DNA of 64,000 nt from Pseudomonadota bacterium (GTDB lineage Bacteria > Myxococcota_A > UBA9042 > GCA-2863065). A model generated the notes under the pieces. The model worked only from the letters and a program-made list of their open reading frames with translations. It did no database searches and was not told the origin of the DNA. The stretch lies in contig SXOO01000217.1 in the NCBI GenBank assembly GCA_005776725.1, forward strand, positions 2,944-66,943, in the 5' to 3' direction. Within the stretch, counting starts at the first letter, position 1, and each line of letters opens with the position of its first letter. Shown piece by piece: positions 36,101 through 47,601 of the stretch. The translations under genes were made by a program, and so were the position numbers.

Positions 36101-37378
36101 TACACGTTCTACGGCGGGATCAACGCCGCCTCGTCGGGAGACGTGCCGGCGAGCTATCGACTCCTCGCAGAGGTCGACAGCCTCGACGCCGATCCGGTGC
36201 TGGTCAGGGACACCGCCGGTTGGCGCGGCGGCGAGACCGGGATGGGCTTCGACCTCTCCGCAGTGGCAGCGACCAGCGCGGACGAGCTGTGGGCAGTGGG
36301 CCCGAAGGGGCGCGTGGTGCACCGCGGGCCTCTTGGCTTCGACGCTCAGCCCAAGAGCACCAGCGCCGACCTCCACGCGCTCTGGGTGGAGTCCGCTACC
36401 TCGCTCTGGGCCGCTGGGGATTCTGGGACGATCCTCCGCTTTGGCGGCGCGGCGTGGGCGAAGGAGGCCGCTGTTGACCTGACGGGTCCCGTCACCTGGG
36501 CGATCCGCGGGATCGGGAGGGACGTCGCGGTGGGGGAGGGCGGCGTGCTCGAGCGCGACGCGGGCGGGGTCTGGCGCGCCGCCACCGTGCTCCACGCGAA
36601 GGGCCTATGGGCTGTCACGCAAGACGCTGACGGCACGGTCATCGCGGTCGGCGACGCCGGCCGAGTCGTACGCCGCGTCGGGACGAAGTGGACCGTGGAG
36701 CTGGTCTCCCCGTCGCTCGACTGGCGCACCGTCGCCGTTGCGGGTAATCGCGTCTTCGCCGCTGGGCGATCGGGCGCGATCGGGATCCTGTCTGGGGGCG
36801 TCTGGAGCACCGACTCGCTCGGCCGCCGCGACTGGAACGGGGCGCTAGCCATGCCTTCGGGCGACGTAGTCCTCGTGGGCGCGGCGGGCAGCGTGGCGCG
36901 TTATGACGCGGCGCTCGATGAGTGGGAGCTGGAGCCGACTGACCGCGATGGACTCGAGCTCCGCGGGGTGACGACTCAAGGCGACGAGCTCGTGGCGGTG
37001 GGGCGGGCGTCGCTGCCCCTGGGCCCCTGGATGGCGTTTCCGCGGCCCGTGAACCCCCTGTCCAACCAGCTGCGGCTGCCCGGATATGTGGAGTGGCGGC
37101 ACCTCGACCCCGATCCGGGCCCCACGTTCAACCAGCTCTTCATGGCGTCGAGCGACGGATTTAATGTGTGGACCGTGATCGCCGCCGGTCACCTGAGCCG
37201 GGTCGAGCTCCCGCCACTGGACGTGCTCATCGGCTACGATCCGGTCCCCACCGGGGCGAAGTACTTCAACCTCACGAGGGGCCTCAACCCGTCCTTCAAG
37301 ATCGACGGATACCGATTCAACCAGTTCTCGATGTGGCAGCGCACCACCTGGTCCCTCGCGTTTGGGGGCTTCTACTGA
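33182..37378 (+). CDS. Large lipoprotein with ~6 IPT/TIG repeats, Cys-rich module and beta-propeller
   Basis: Lipobox LAGVSAC. Repeated S(V/L)xPxxGxxxGGxxxxxxGxGF...F(T/R)Y units, a carboxypeptidase-regulatory-like segment, a C..D..C module and (L/V)WAxGxxG propeller repeats. Confidence 0.85.
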   Translation: MTIPSRLSPGVPEAAPHGVATVALARLLAVALTLAGVSACQVDSDGASPDVATGGVDFVAPPRVPEAPPEPSLGFPPEHPQRVTLGTPEDGVPDPAAKVELLSVEPAVGTAEGGDIVVLRGSGFTENAGVRFGEAPSPLVFVVDDTWINATTPPGAPGPVDVRVTLPSGPEAVLEASFTYEADFSVLSVVPTEGPAEGGMPLTVLGTGFVPGTQVMVGDRVAVNTEVVSPTELRALLPPGAPGVVDVRAVLVGQAVSTLERAFRYRAPPNVTSVAPLSGPTVGGNELVLQGQHLGPVTSVEIGGVPAEIVGVDSDGTALRVIAPPSAAGRVGLEVESPDGVAALEDAYVYVGADAPGVRLWNAVPNKGPLAGGTAVALVVGGLVDAPVQVSFGAADAQVVAVDPVAGRVTVVSPPGTAGPAQVRVTQGDASDVLTAGFTYVNAPVVVSLSPASGSQSGGQLVFASGEGLNGGELNVTVGGIPAGEVQSGSSGQLGFIAPPCSPGLHDVVVSVGDHSVLVPGAYLCRPDEFAVLAMDPAEAARSGGALVRLLGTGLPDDLEVRIAGQPVGVEWESSGAAWVRVPRGEEGPTEVVVTSPSLGTESRLPGGLLLVNPEDRKAATWGELAEHSVNVTLIDGGTGALLEGATAVVNPGTGDYTCTTDDRGQCTVSAKNLAGSFTVTGAKPQFSAYTIAGTSARHVTMFLRAQAPPGQQAPPGQPGEQSPSVDINTLLGTISGRVVGIGKYVVPPTPSCALVGSPDGQQCAPCAVDDQCAAGLTCHSLLDTGAWCFKGCVSDGDCGTGFRCSALGGAARCVPGGGQPKARCETSRRSFFGENPSAGPLADVDLEDGTYAVESRLGEVTVYCIAGYISEPSGVFIPTVMGKASTIIVHLGESIPDVDVVLDIPLSRPVTGHLFDLPYHEQGIGEPYLRHAIDLGAEGWIPMPETPTYRDGDLLYFVGYPETLEAFGPEASYTFYGGINAASSGDVPASYRLLAEVDSLDADPVLVRDTAGWRGGETGMGFDLSAVAATSADELWAVGPKGRVVHRGPLGFDAQPKSTSADLHALWVESATSLWAAGDSGTILRFGGAAWAKEAAVDLTGPVTWAIRGIGRDVAVGEGGVLERDAGGVWRAATVLHAKGLWAVTQDADGTVIAVGDAGRVVRRVGTKWTVELVSPSLDWRTVAVAGNRVFAAGRSGAIGILSGGVWSTDSLGRRDWNGALAMPSGDVVLVGAAGSVARYDAALDEWELEPTDRDGLELRGVTTQGDELVAVGRASLPLGPWMAFPRPVNPLSNQLRLPGYVEWRHLDPDPGPTFNQLFMASSDGFNVWTVIAAGHLSRVELPPLDVLIGYDPVPTGAKYFNLTRGLNPSFKIDGYRFNQFSMWQRTTWSLAFGGFY

Positions 37379-39708
37379 GCCCGAAGCTGCTGGTTATCTT
37401 CGGGCTCGTCGCGTGTTCCCAAGAGGTGCCGTGCCCTGTCGTAGGCGGGTGCGGGGTCCCCGACGGGTGGGAGGCCGTGGACGCGGCGCCTGACGCAGCG
37501 GCGTCCGTCGACCAGTTCAGCCCGCCCGACGCACCGGACGCCGTGATCCCGGATGTCACCGACCCCGTGCCGGACGTGGGCCCCGCGCTGGAGGTGGAAG
37601 CCCTTCCAGACATTGCAGCCGCCGACGCGGGCGGGGATCTCCAGAACCCGGAAGACACCAGCGACCCCGCCGATGCCACGCCCGGGGTCGACATCGAGGT
37701 CCCTTTCGATCCCTGCGACGACGAGAACCCCTGCACGATCGACGAGACGATCGATGGAAAGTGCACCAACACCTACCAGTACGGGATCTGCTGTAACGCG
37801 AACGCCATGTGCAACGACGACGACCCCTGCACCGAGGACTTGTGTGCGCAGGGGCTCTGCGTTCACGCCCCCAGCTGCTGCGTTGCCGATAGCGACTGCG
37901 CCGATCCCGACGGGTCGTGCAGCCTGGATCGCTGCGTGAACGGGGCGTGCCTCCACACGCCCACCGGCGCGGCGGGCTGCTGCACGTCCCTGATGTTCGA
38001 GGCCACCTTCGATGACGGGACGACCGGTGGCATGCAGGTGAGCAACACCTTCCTGGACGTGGGCTGGCACGTCTCGGACGCCGTGGAAGCCACCACGCCT
38101 CCCGGGTCTCTGCGCTACGCCCGCTTCGGCGGCCCGGACTACGATAGCGGGGTCGAGCACCGGGGCCGTACCGCGCTTCCGCCGATGGTCCTTCCCCCCG
38201 GAGTCCGGACCTTCCTGCGCTTCGACCTGCTCCTCGACATCGAGCCCGGCCTGGCGTTCGACCTCTTCAAGGTCGAGCTCGTGGACCTTGGCCTCGCCCC
38301 GGTGGGCCAGGAACTCGCGCCCAGCGCCGAGCAGCTGGACACGGTCCCGATCGTGACCCTCTGGGACAAGTCCAAGGCCGTGCTGTTCTTCGACTGGCAG
38401 CCGGTGGACATCGAGCTCACGGCGTGGGCCGGCCACGCAGTGATCCTCAGGTTCTCCTTCGACACGGTCGACAACCAGGCCAACGATCAGACCGGGGTGT
38501 TCCTCGACGGCCTGCGGGTAGACTCAGAGTGCACCGCCAACTCCTGCTCCCTGGACGTCGAGTGCGCGGACGACTCTCCCTACACCGAAGATCGCTGCCT
38601 CGTGCCATCCGGCGAGACCGTCGGCGGCTGCGCCTACACGCAGAGCTCCACGTATTGCGGCAGCTCGTCCGAGTGCGACGACGGCGAGCCGTGCACCGTG
38701 AACTCGTGCGTCCAGGGCGTCTGCCAGTTCTCGCCGTCTCCGTCGTGCTGCCTCGCAGACGCCCAGTGCGATGATGGCAACGCATGCACAGCCGACGACT
38801 GCATTGGGCTCGGCGGCCCCAACGGCGGGTACTGCATCAACGTCCACTTAGCGGGATGTTGCCTCGGGCAGTCGGACTGCGAGGACGGAAACCCATGCAC
38901 GGTGGACGCGTGCCCTTTCGCAGGGCAGAAGTGCGCGCACACGCTCATCGCCGGTTGCTGCGCAGGCAACGGCGACTGCGCCGACACCGACCCGTGCACC
39001 CTCGACCTCTGCGACGTGGGGAGCTGCGTCTACGACGTCGCCTGCTGCGCCAGCGACGCCGGCTGCGACGACAGTGACGTATGCACCGCCGATCACTGCG
39101 TCTCGGGTGTCTGCGCACACGACCTCATCGGGGCGCCCGCCTGCTGCATTGCCACCCTCTTCAACGCCGACTTCACCTCGGGCTCTACCAGCGGGTTCTC
39201 CGGGCTCTTCGACTCGAACAACGGCGATGGAGTGACCTGGCTCGCGGTCACGAACGACGGGGCGCAGAGCCCAAGCGGGGCCTACCACTTCGGCAGCTAC
39301 GGCGGCACCTATGCCACTGGCGAGCGGGTGCGCGGCATCACGGAGTCGGGTCCGTTCTTCGTGCCGGTCGTGAACGCCGTGGAGCTGTCGTTCTTCATGC
39401 GCCTCGAGAACGAGTGGTCCATGGGGGCAGGCAACATCGCGTGGGACCGCTTCGAGGTGAGCGTGCGCCTGCCCGACGACAATGTGGTCGGCATCTGGTC
39501 CAGCGTGGACGGCGTCCCGCAATGGTGGACCGGGAGCGTCGACGCGCCGACTGGCGCCGAGTGGGTTCGAGTGGAGGACATCGACCTCTCCCCGTTCCGA
39601 GGGATGGCGGTGAGGCTGCGCTTCGAGTTCGACTCCGTGGACGACGAGGCCAACGCGTTCGGTGGTCTTTGGGTGGACGACGTTCTGGTCGCCGCCTCCT
39701 GCGAGTGA
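37375..39708 (+). CDS. Cys-rich repeat lipoprotein with two jelly-roll (MAM/CBM-like) domains
   Basis: Lipobox LLVIFGLVAC, ~8 CC...C-D-D-x-x-x-C-T-x-D-x-C repeats, two F-x-A-x-F...LRFxFD(T/S)VD...G-x-x-x-D domains. The likely start is a CTG overlapping the upstream TGA. Confidence 0.8.
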   Translation: MSPKLLVIFGLVACSQEVPCPVVGGCGVPDGWEAVDAAPDAAASVDQFSPPDAPDAVIPDVTDPVPDVGPALEVEALPDIAAADAGGDLQNPEDTSDPADATPGVDIEVPFDPCDDENPCTIDETIDGKCTNTYQYGICCNANAMCNDDDPCTEDLCAQGLCVHAPSCCVADSDCADPDGSCSLDRCVNGACLHTPTGAAGCCTSLMFEATFDDGTTGGMQVSNTFLDVGWHVSDAVEATTPPGSLRYARFGGPDYDSGVEHRGRTALPPMVLPPGVRTFLRFDLLLDIEPGLAFDLFKVELVDLGLAPVGQELAPSAEQLDTVPIVTLWDKSKAVLFFDWQPVDIELTAWAGHAVILRFSFDTVDNQANDQTGVFLDGLRVDSECTANSCSLDVECADDSPYTEDRCLVPSGETVGGCAYTQSSTYCGSSSECDDGEPCTVNSCVQGVCQFSPSPSCCLADAQCDDGNACTADDCIGLGGPNGGYCINVHLAGCCLGQSDCEDGNPCTVDACPFAGQKCAHTLIAGCCAGNGDCADTDPCTLDLCDVGSCVYDVACCASDAGCDDSDVCTADHCVSGVCAHDLIGAPACCIATLFNADFTSGSTSGFSGLFDSNNGDGVTWLAVTNDGAQSPSGAYHFGSYGGTYATGERVRGITESGPFFVPVVNAVELSFFMRLENEWSMGAGNIAWDRFEVSVRLPDDNVVGIWSSVDGVPQWWTGSVDAPTGAEWVRVEDIDLSPFRGMAVRLRFEFDSVDDEANAFGGLWVDDVLVAASCE

Positions 39709-39807
39709 GCTTCACAGCGCCCGCAGTTGAGTTTGGCGGCGTTCTCCCGCATAACACCGGCCCGCTCGCGACCGTCCGCGAGCCCCACGGCAGCCGGGAG
39801 GCGCATC

Positions 39808-41565
39808 GTGTCCGAGGTCTTCAGCGGGTTCTCGCCAGCCCACTTCGACGCCTACGCCGAGGCAAAGTGGAAGAAGAACAGCCACGTACGCGAGCGTACG
39901 GCGGCTGGCGAGGTCGCGGGCCGAGCGCTCGAGGCCGCGCGGCGTAGCGCGTTTCCTGACGCCACCGACTTCCAGGTCGGCGTCACTCAGGACGCTGCCG
40001 GCATCCTCAACAACTGGACGGTCGACGCGAAGTGCGTGTTTCTCCACCGAAACACCGCGGAGCTAGAGCGAATCCAGCCGCTGCTCGCGTATGAGCGGCA
40101 ACACGCCGGATTCCCGTCCGACACCGAGGCGCATCACTCCGAAGCGATCCTCGGCCTTCAGCTCGACGCCGCCGGCGTCGAGGTCGGCCTCAGGATTCAC
40201 CGCCACGCGGCGCTCGATCGCCGCAATATCCTCGCGCTCCTCGGCGATTCGAACGGGCTGTCCACTCTGCTCGATGCGCTGCGTGCGCTCCCGGAGTCCA
40301 TCGCGCTCTCGGCCGGCCGGGAGGTCAAGCTCGCGCCGCTGATCGATGAAGCGTGGCTCCGTGCCGCGCTGGCGGGCAATGCAGACTGGCTGGCGATCGG
40401 GGCCTTCTTCGGCCGGAACGAGGCGGTTACGGGCTCACCGGAGCTGGTGGGTGCCGCCGCCCGCGTCCTAGCGGCGCTCGAGCCCGTCTATCGGCTGTTC
40501 ACCTGGCGCGACGACAACGACCGCGTCGGAGGCGTGGAGCGGCTAGCGCGCGTTCCGAGCCCGGCCGAGGCAGACGGCGCGGAGCCCGCACAGGCGGCGC
40601 CGCAAGAGACGAGGGAGGAGGCGCAGCAGCGCGCGCGGGGCTACCGCCCGGGCTGGCTCGGCTCCGAACCTCGTCGCGAAGACTCGCCACGCGAGCCGCG
40701 TCGTCGGCCGGCGCCCGACGCCGCGTCGTGGAACCCACCGCAGCTCCAGCGGCCAGCCGTGGAGGAGGCGCGGGGTCCGTCTTCCCGAGCGCGTGAACGC
40801 GCGGCCGAGCTCTCGCGGTCTGCGGAGGGCTGGACGTACAACGGCCCTGTCCGGCCTCGCCCCGAGCCGGAGCGGCGCGACGAGCCACCCCGGCGCGACG
40901 ACGGCCCCCGCCGGGACGATCGTGACCGCCGTGGTTCCTTCCAGGGGGGCGACCCCCAGAGTTCCGGACGTCCCGGCTGGGAGCCCGGGCGTGGCCCCCC
41001 CCACGGGGGCGACCGGCAGGGGCCGCCGGGGCGCCGTGACTCCGGAGGGCCTGGCGGGCACCCGAGGGACGGCGTTGGACCCGGGGGCCGCCGCGATGGA
41101 GGCCCTGCTGGAGGCCCCCCGCGGGATGGCCGAGGACCCGACGGCCGCCGCGATTCGGAGCAGCAGGGCGGCCGACAATGGGACGGCGGGAACCGGGGCC
41201 GTGAGCCCGGTGGCCCGGGACGCGGCGGTGACGCGCGCGGCCCTGGAGACCGCGATGCTCGCCGTGGGCCCTCAGACGGTCGCGGCCGCGGCGACGGCGG
41301 CGGTCCACGTCGCGACGATCGTCGTCCTCGTGAAGACGAAGCGCCGCGTCCCCCGCCGCCGCGCAAGCAGATCAGCTGGCGCGACGCGGAGGGCGCTCCG
41401 GTCGTCAAGGACGCTGTGCGCCTCACCGGCGGGCTCTTCGCCGGAAAGATCGGTCAGGTCGTCGAGATCTCCGGCAAAGGCCGCCTCACGGTCGCGCTCG
41501 GCGAGGGCGCCGCCGCGATCGAGGTGGGGCCCGAGGCGGTGGTCAAGGTGGTCGCGGAGAGCTGA
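39808..41565 (+). CDS. Hypothetical protein: DUF1054-like N-domain, Arg/Gly/Asp/Pro disordered linker, C-terminal KOW-like domain
   Basis: GTG with GGGAGG RBS, FSGFSPAHFDAY N-terminus, ~250-aa low-complexity region, VRLTGGLFAGKIGQVVEI..KGRLTVALG (KOW). Confidence 0.7.
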   Translation: MSEVFSGFSPAHFDAYAEAKWKKNSHVRERTAAGEVAGRALEAARRSAFPDATDFQVGVTQDAAGILNNWTVDAKCVFLHRNTAELERIQPLLAYERQHAGFPSDTEAHHSEAILGLQLDAAGVEVGLRIHRHAALDRRNILALLGDSNGLSTLLDALRALPESIALSAGREVKLAPLIDEAWLRAALAGNADWLAIGAFFGRNEAVTGSPELVGAAARVLAALEPVYRLFTWRDDNDRVGGVERLARVPSPAEADGAEPAQAAPQETREEAQQRARGYRPGWLGSEPRREDSPREPRRRPAPDAASWNPPQLQRPAVEEARGPSSRARERAAELSRSAEGWTYNGPVRPRPEPERRDEPPRRDDGPRRDDRDRRGSFQGGDPQSSGRPGWEPGRGPPHGGDRQGPPGRRDSGGPGGHPRDGVGPGGRRDGGPAGGPPRDGRGPDGRRDSEQQGGRQWDGGNRGREPGGPGRGGDARGPGDRDARRGPSDGRGRGDGGGPRRDDRRPREDEAPRPPPPRKQISWRDAEGAPVVKDAVRLTGGLFAGKIGQVVEISGKGRLTVALGEGAAAIEVGPEAVVKVVAES

Positions 41566-43474
41566 GCGGCAGGCTTCGGAGCCGCAACTCGTGCTCCGCC
41601 TGCAGTCGGCCCCGCTCTTCGCTGCGGCGAACGAGCAGCAGGGCCAGCGTGGCGGCAAGGACCACTGCGACCAGGACAAGGACCACAATCCAACGAAACA
41701 ACGGGTGCGCAGTCACTGCAGGCGTCGTGGCCCGCAAGTCGACCACCTGAGTACCCGCGTGCAGCGTGACGTCGTCGTCCTCCTCCACGGTGGCACGGGG
41801 CAGCGAAGTCGAGCTCGCGGAGCGGCCCTGCTCGGGGCGCTCCGGGGTGCGCGCCGCCGTGGCCGACGGGAGGCGTGCCGCAAAGGCCTCGTGCGCCGCA
41901 CGGATCGCGCTCGCGTCCACCGCCATGGTTCGAGCGTTGGTCTCTTCGGGTGAGGCCGCGCCTGCGCCTCCGGCGCTGGTGGCGTTCCAGGAGGCGCCCT
42001 CGTCCAGCACCGAGTCGCGGCGGAAGAACTGCGTGCTGGCGTTCTGGTCCACTTCGACCTGGGCTTCGACGCGTGGCGGATCTCGGAGGGGGGCGGTGGG
42101 GCTGGCCAAGACCGGCAGGGGCGGGGGCCCGGTGCGACCAGTCTCGGTGCGTCGCGGCGGTTCAGGCGGCGGGCCTTGTCGTGTCGACTTCCTGGGCTCG
42201 GCCGCGGATTCGCCGAGCCACGGCGGCGGCTCGTTGGGACGCCGATCGGACGCCCTGGGGATCTTGGGCTCTTCCTCGCGGTTGAAGACGCGGGTGGCCG
42301 TGGAGGGGTCGAGCCAGTCGAGGTCGATCCCCCCTCCACTCGACGGCGCGCCCAGCTGGAAGATGACGCTCGCGTCCGACGGCGCGAACTCGTCCCGGCG
42401 CATGTTTTGACTCCCCCGCAGCTGTGAATCGGGGCCGGGCGGATTCGTGTCTGGCCTGGCGACCGGGCTGGGGGCCGCCGCGGGGGCGGCGAGACCGCGG
42501 CGCTTCGAGTCTGTCGGCGGCGGTCCCGCTGCCGGCGCGAGGAGCTGGCGCATCGTGTCGGCGAGCCGAATCGCCGGCTGCACTCGGGCGAGCGGGACCA
42601 GGAAGCGGGCGAGCGCCTCACGGACAGACTCGGCGCTCTGAAAACGCGCGGTGACGTCGCGAGCGAGGAGGCGAGCCACGATCCCGTCGAGCTCCGGGGG
42701 ACAGTCGGGCCGGAGATCGCGGATCCGCGGGATGGGCATAGAGCGGACGTCGTGCAGGATGGCGAGGGGGTTCGTGGGGCCGTCGTCGCGTCGGAACAGC
42801 GGGCGGCTGGCCAGCGTCTCCCAGAGGCAGATGCCCAGAGAGAAGAGGTCGGAGCGCTGGTCCACGTCGTGCGCGCCGGCCTGCTCGGGTGACATGTAGA
42901 AGAACTTGCCCTTGATGACTCCCACCTGGGTCTGCTGGATCTGCGTGGCGACCTTGGCGATGCCGAAGTCGATGAGCTTCACGTGTCCGTCTGCGGACAG
43001 CAGCACGTTCTGAGGCGAGATGTCGCGATGGATGAGGCCCAACGGCTTGCCGCGCTTGTCCTTGACCTGATGGGCGAAGGCGAGCGCCGCGGCGACCTCG
43101 TGGCCGATGTAGGCCACGACGTCCACCGGGAATGGCGCGCCGTGCGCCGCCGCGCACTCCTGGGCCCGTGCCAGGTCGCACCCGTCGATGAACTCCATCA
43201 CGAGGAAGTAGCGACCGGCCCACTGCCCGAGGTCGAACACCTGACCCACGTTCGGGTGGTTCAGCTGAACGGCGATCCGAGCCTCCTCCACCATCATCCG
43301 GTGGAAGTGCTTATCCTCCGCGTAGCGCGGGTGGATCATCTTCAGCGCTACGAGGCGATCTCCACCGCTGAGCGAGTGCGCTTGCGCGAGGAAGATCTCC
43401 GCCATGCCGCCGGTGGCGATCTTGCGGATGAGGGTGTAGTCGCCGAAGCGTGCCGGGAGCGAGTCGGTGCTCAC
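41543..43474 (-). CDS. Membrane-anchored Ser/Thr protein kinase (Hanks type)
   Basis: IATGGMAEIF, VALK, HRDISPQN, DFGIAK, GKFFYMSPEQ, DLFSLG, Pro-rich linker and C-terminal TM. GTG at 43474. Confidence 0.95.
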   Translation of the reverse strand: MSTDSLPARFGDYTLIRKIATGGMAEIFLAQAHSLSGGDRLVALKMIHPRYAEDKHFHRMMVEEARIAVQLNHPNVGQVFDLGQWAGRYFLVMEFIDGCDLARAQECAAAHGAPFPVDVVAYIGHEVAAALAFAHQVKDKRGKPLGLIHRDISPQNVLLSADGHVKLIDFGIAKVATQIQQTQVGVIKGKFFYMSPEQAGAHDVDQRSDLFSLGICLWETLASRPLFRRDDGPTNPLAILHDVRSMPIPRIRDLRPDCPPELDGIVARLLARDVTARFQSAESVREALARFLVPLARVQPAIRLADTMRQLLAPAAGPPPTDSKRRGLAAPAAAPSPVARPDTNPPGPDSQLRGSQNMRRDEFAPSDASVIFQLGAPSSGGGIDLDWLDPSTATRVFNREEEPKIPRASDRRPNEPPPWLGESAAEPRKSTRQGPPPEPPRRTETGRTGPPPLPVLASPTAPLRDPPRVEAQVEVDQNASTQFFRRDSVLDEGASWNATSAGGAGAASPEETNARTMAVDASAIRAAHEAFAARLPSATAARTPERPEQGRSASSTSLPRATVEEDDDVTLHAGTQVVDLRATTPAVTAHPLFRWIVVLVLVAVVLAATLALLLVRRSEERGRLQAEHELRLRSLPLSSPRPP

Positions 43475-43514
43475 GAGGGATGGCAACGTACCACGGCTTC
43501 TGTATCTTCGTCGT

Positions 43515-44408
43515 GTGTTCCGAACCTTCGTCACCGTCTGCCTCGTCCTAGCCTGCAGCCGACCGGCTCCGCCTCCGCCCACCGAGTCCGAGGCTGAGCG
43601 CCTGTGCCGAGACGGCCGCGCTCGCCTGGCCGACGGAGACAAGAAGGCCGCACGCGCCCACTTCGAGCGAGCGGCCGAGGTGGCGCCGCGCGAGCCGCAT
43701 GGCAGGCTCGGGCTCGCCCTGCTCGAGGTTCTCGAGGGCAACACCCCGGCCGCACAGGAACAGCTGCTGGCCCTTCGAGCTGGCGGGATCGCCCCCGAGA
43801 GCGAGGCCGCCTGGTTCGTGGCCTTCTTGGACGCCCGCCGTCACTTTCCCGCCGTCCTCGAGGCCCCGCCGCTGCCGGACGTCGCACCCGCACCGGCCCC
43901 CGCGCCGGCGCCCGCGGCCGAGCCCTCGATCAGCGGCGACGACCTAGCGTTGGTGGCCGACTTTCGCCGAGGGGACTACGAGGCGGTGCGGCGCGCCATC
44001 GAGCCGCAGGCCTCGCCCTCCACGTTCCGCATGAAGCTGCTCGCTGACGCGTACTACAACCTCCAGGACTGGACCCGCGCAGTGCGGACCTACCGCCTCG
44101 TGCTCCGTGACGAACCCGGCAACGAGCCGGTCACGCAGTACCTGGCCGACGCCTTGGTGAGGCTGGAGCGCTATGACGACGCCATAGGCTTCTACCGGAC
44201 GCTAGCCGAGGCTCACCCCACTCGCCCGGGCTTCTGGCGGCTCATCGGCGACGCCGCAGCCGCGAAGGGGGATGCCGAGGTCGCCCTGGCGGCGTACCTC
44301 AAGGCGCGCGACGCCGGGTACGACGACCCGAGCCTGGAGGGCGTGCTGCGCACGCTCCAGGCCAAGCTCCCTGGGGCGCCCGATTCAGTGCCCGGGCCAA
44401 CTCCGTGA
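43515..44408 (+). CDS. TPR-repeat lipoprotein
   Basis: VFRTFVTVCLVLAC lipobox and several TPR helix pairs (LADAYYNLQDW..A..Y, LADALVRLERY..A..Y). Divergent from the kinase, 40 bp apart. Confidence 0.82.
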   Translation: MFRTFVTVCLVLACSRPAPPPPTESEAERLCRDGRARLADGDKKAARAHFERAAEVAPREPHGRLGLALLEVLEGNTPAAQEQLLALRAGGIAPESEAAWFVAFLDARRHFPAVLEAPPLPDVAPAPAPAPAPAAEPSISGDDLALVADFRRGDYEAVRRAIEPQASPSTFRMKLLADAYYNLQDWTRAVRTYRLVLRDEPGNEPVTQYLADALVRLERYDDAIGFYRTLAEAHPTRPGFWRLIGDAAAAKGDAEVALAAYLKARDAGYDDPSLEGVLRTLQAKLPGAPDSVPGPTP

Positions 44409-44439
44409 CGTGATCGCTCGGCTGTGGTGAAATTATCCC

Positions 44440-45216
44440 GTGCCTCGTGACATCGACATCCAGGCGATGCAGCTCAGGGAGCTCGAAGGGCTCAGCAACA
44501 CCCTCGAGGTGCTCCGGCGCAAGTACGACCAGTACTTCATCGGCCTAGAGAAGGTGGAGCCTGGGCTCGAGCGGGAGCAGTTCGAGAGGGCGCTCGCGAA
44601 GTCCAAGCTCCTTCGCTCGCCGCTCAACACAGTGCGCTACCGGTACGGCGAGTTCCTCGCGCGCGTCCGGCTCTACCAGGGGCATTGGCAGCGAGTACTT
44701 CGCGAGATCGAAGAGGGAACGTACCGTCGCGGCGCGACCACCATGGCCGAACGACAAGCGGCACAGCGGGCCGAGGTGGCGCTCCGACGGGCTCAGGGGC
44801 TGGAGCCCTCCGACGACTCGGCACCCAACACCGCGGGGCGCGACGACGGGATCGAGGTGCGTCGGGTACACACCACGGCCAAGTCCGCGGAGGCCTTCCT
44901 CGCCCAGTTCCTCGGCGGCAACACCTCGGCGGAGCTCCCCGCCCTGCGCGAGTTGCCGCGGCCCCAGCCGCCCGCGGCGCGCCCTCCTGACGCCGGCGTT
45001 CAGCGGAGCCCCGTCGCCACGCTCTTCGACGCCTACGTGGCGGCAAAGAAGGAGCGGGGCGACGACGTGTCCAAGATGAGCCTGTCGGCCTTCTCGAAGT
45101 CCCTCGAGAAGCAACGCGAGCAGGCGCGGACCCAACTCGGCGCGGACGTGGAGCTGAAGCTCAAGGTCACGCCAGAGAAGGTGTCGGTGATCGCGGTCAA
45201 GAAGCGCGAGGGGTAG
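44440..45216 (+). CDS. MXAN_5187 C-terminal-domain-like protein
   Basis: LRRKYDQYFIGLEKVEP ... W.RVLREIEEGTYRR ... LFDAYVAAKKERG...F.KSL.KQ, a pattern typical of this myxobacterial family. Confidence 0.7.
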   Translation: MPRDIDIQAMQLRELEGLSNTLEVLRRKYDQYFIGLEKVEPGLEREQFERALAKSKLLRSPLNTVRYRYGEFLARVRLYQGHWQRVLREIEEGTYRRGATTMAERQAAQRAEVALRRAQGLEPSDDSAPNTAGRDDGIEVRRVHTTAKSAEAFLAQFLGGNTSAELPALRELPRPQPPAARPPDAGVQRSPVATLFDAYVAAKKERGDDVSKMSLSAFSKSLEKQREQARTQLGADVELKLKVTPEKVSVIAVKKREG

Positions 45217-45294
45217 TAGCCGCCCAGGCGCCACCCACGCGCCAGCTCAGCGCTGGCCGTCCAAGAGTCTTGTCTGCCGCCGAGCCCCCGTTGG

Positions 45295-47597
<2,303 letters not shown>

Positions 47598-47601
<4 letters not shown>

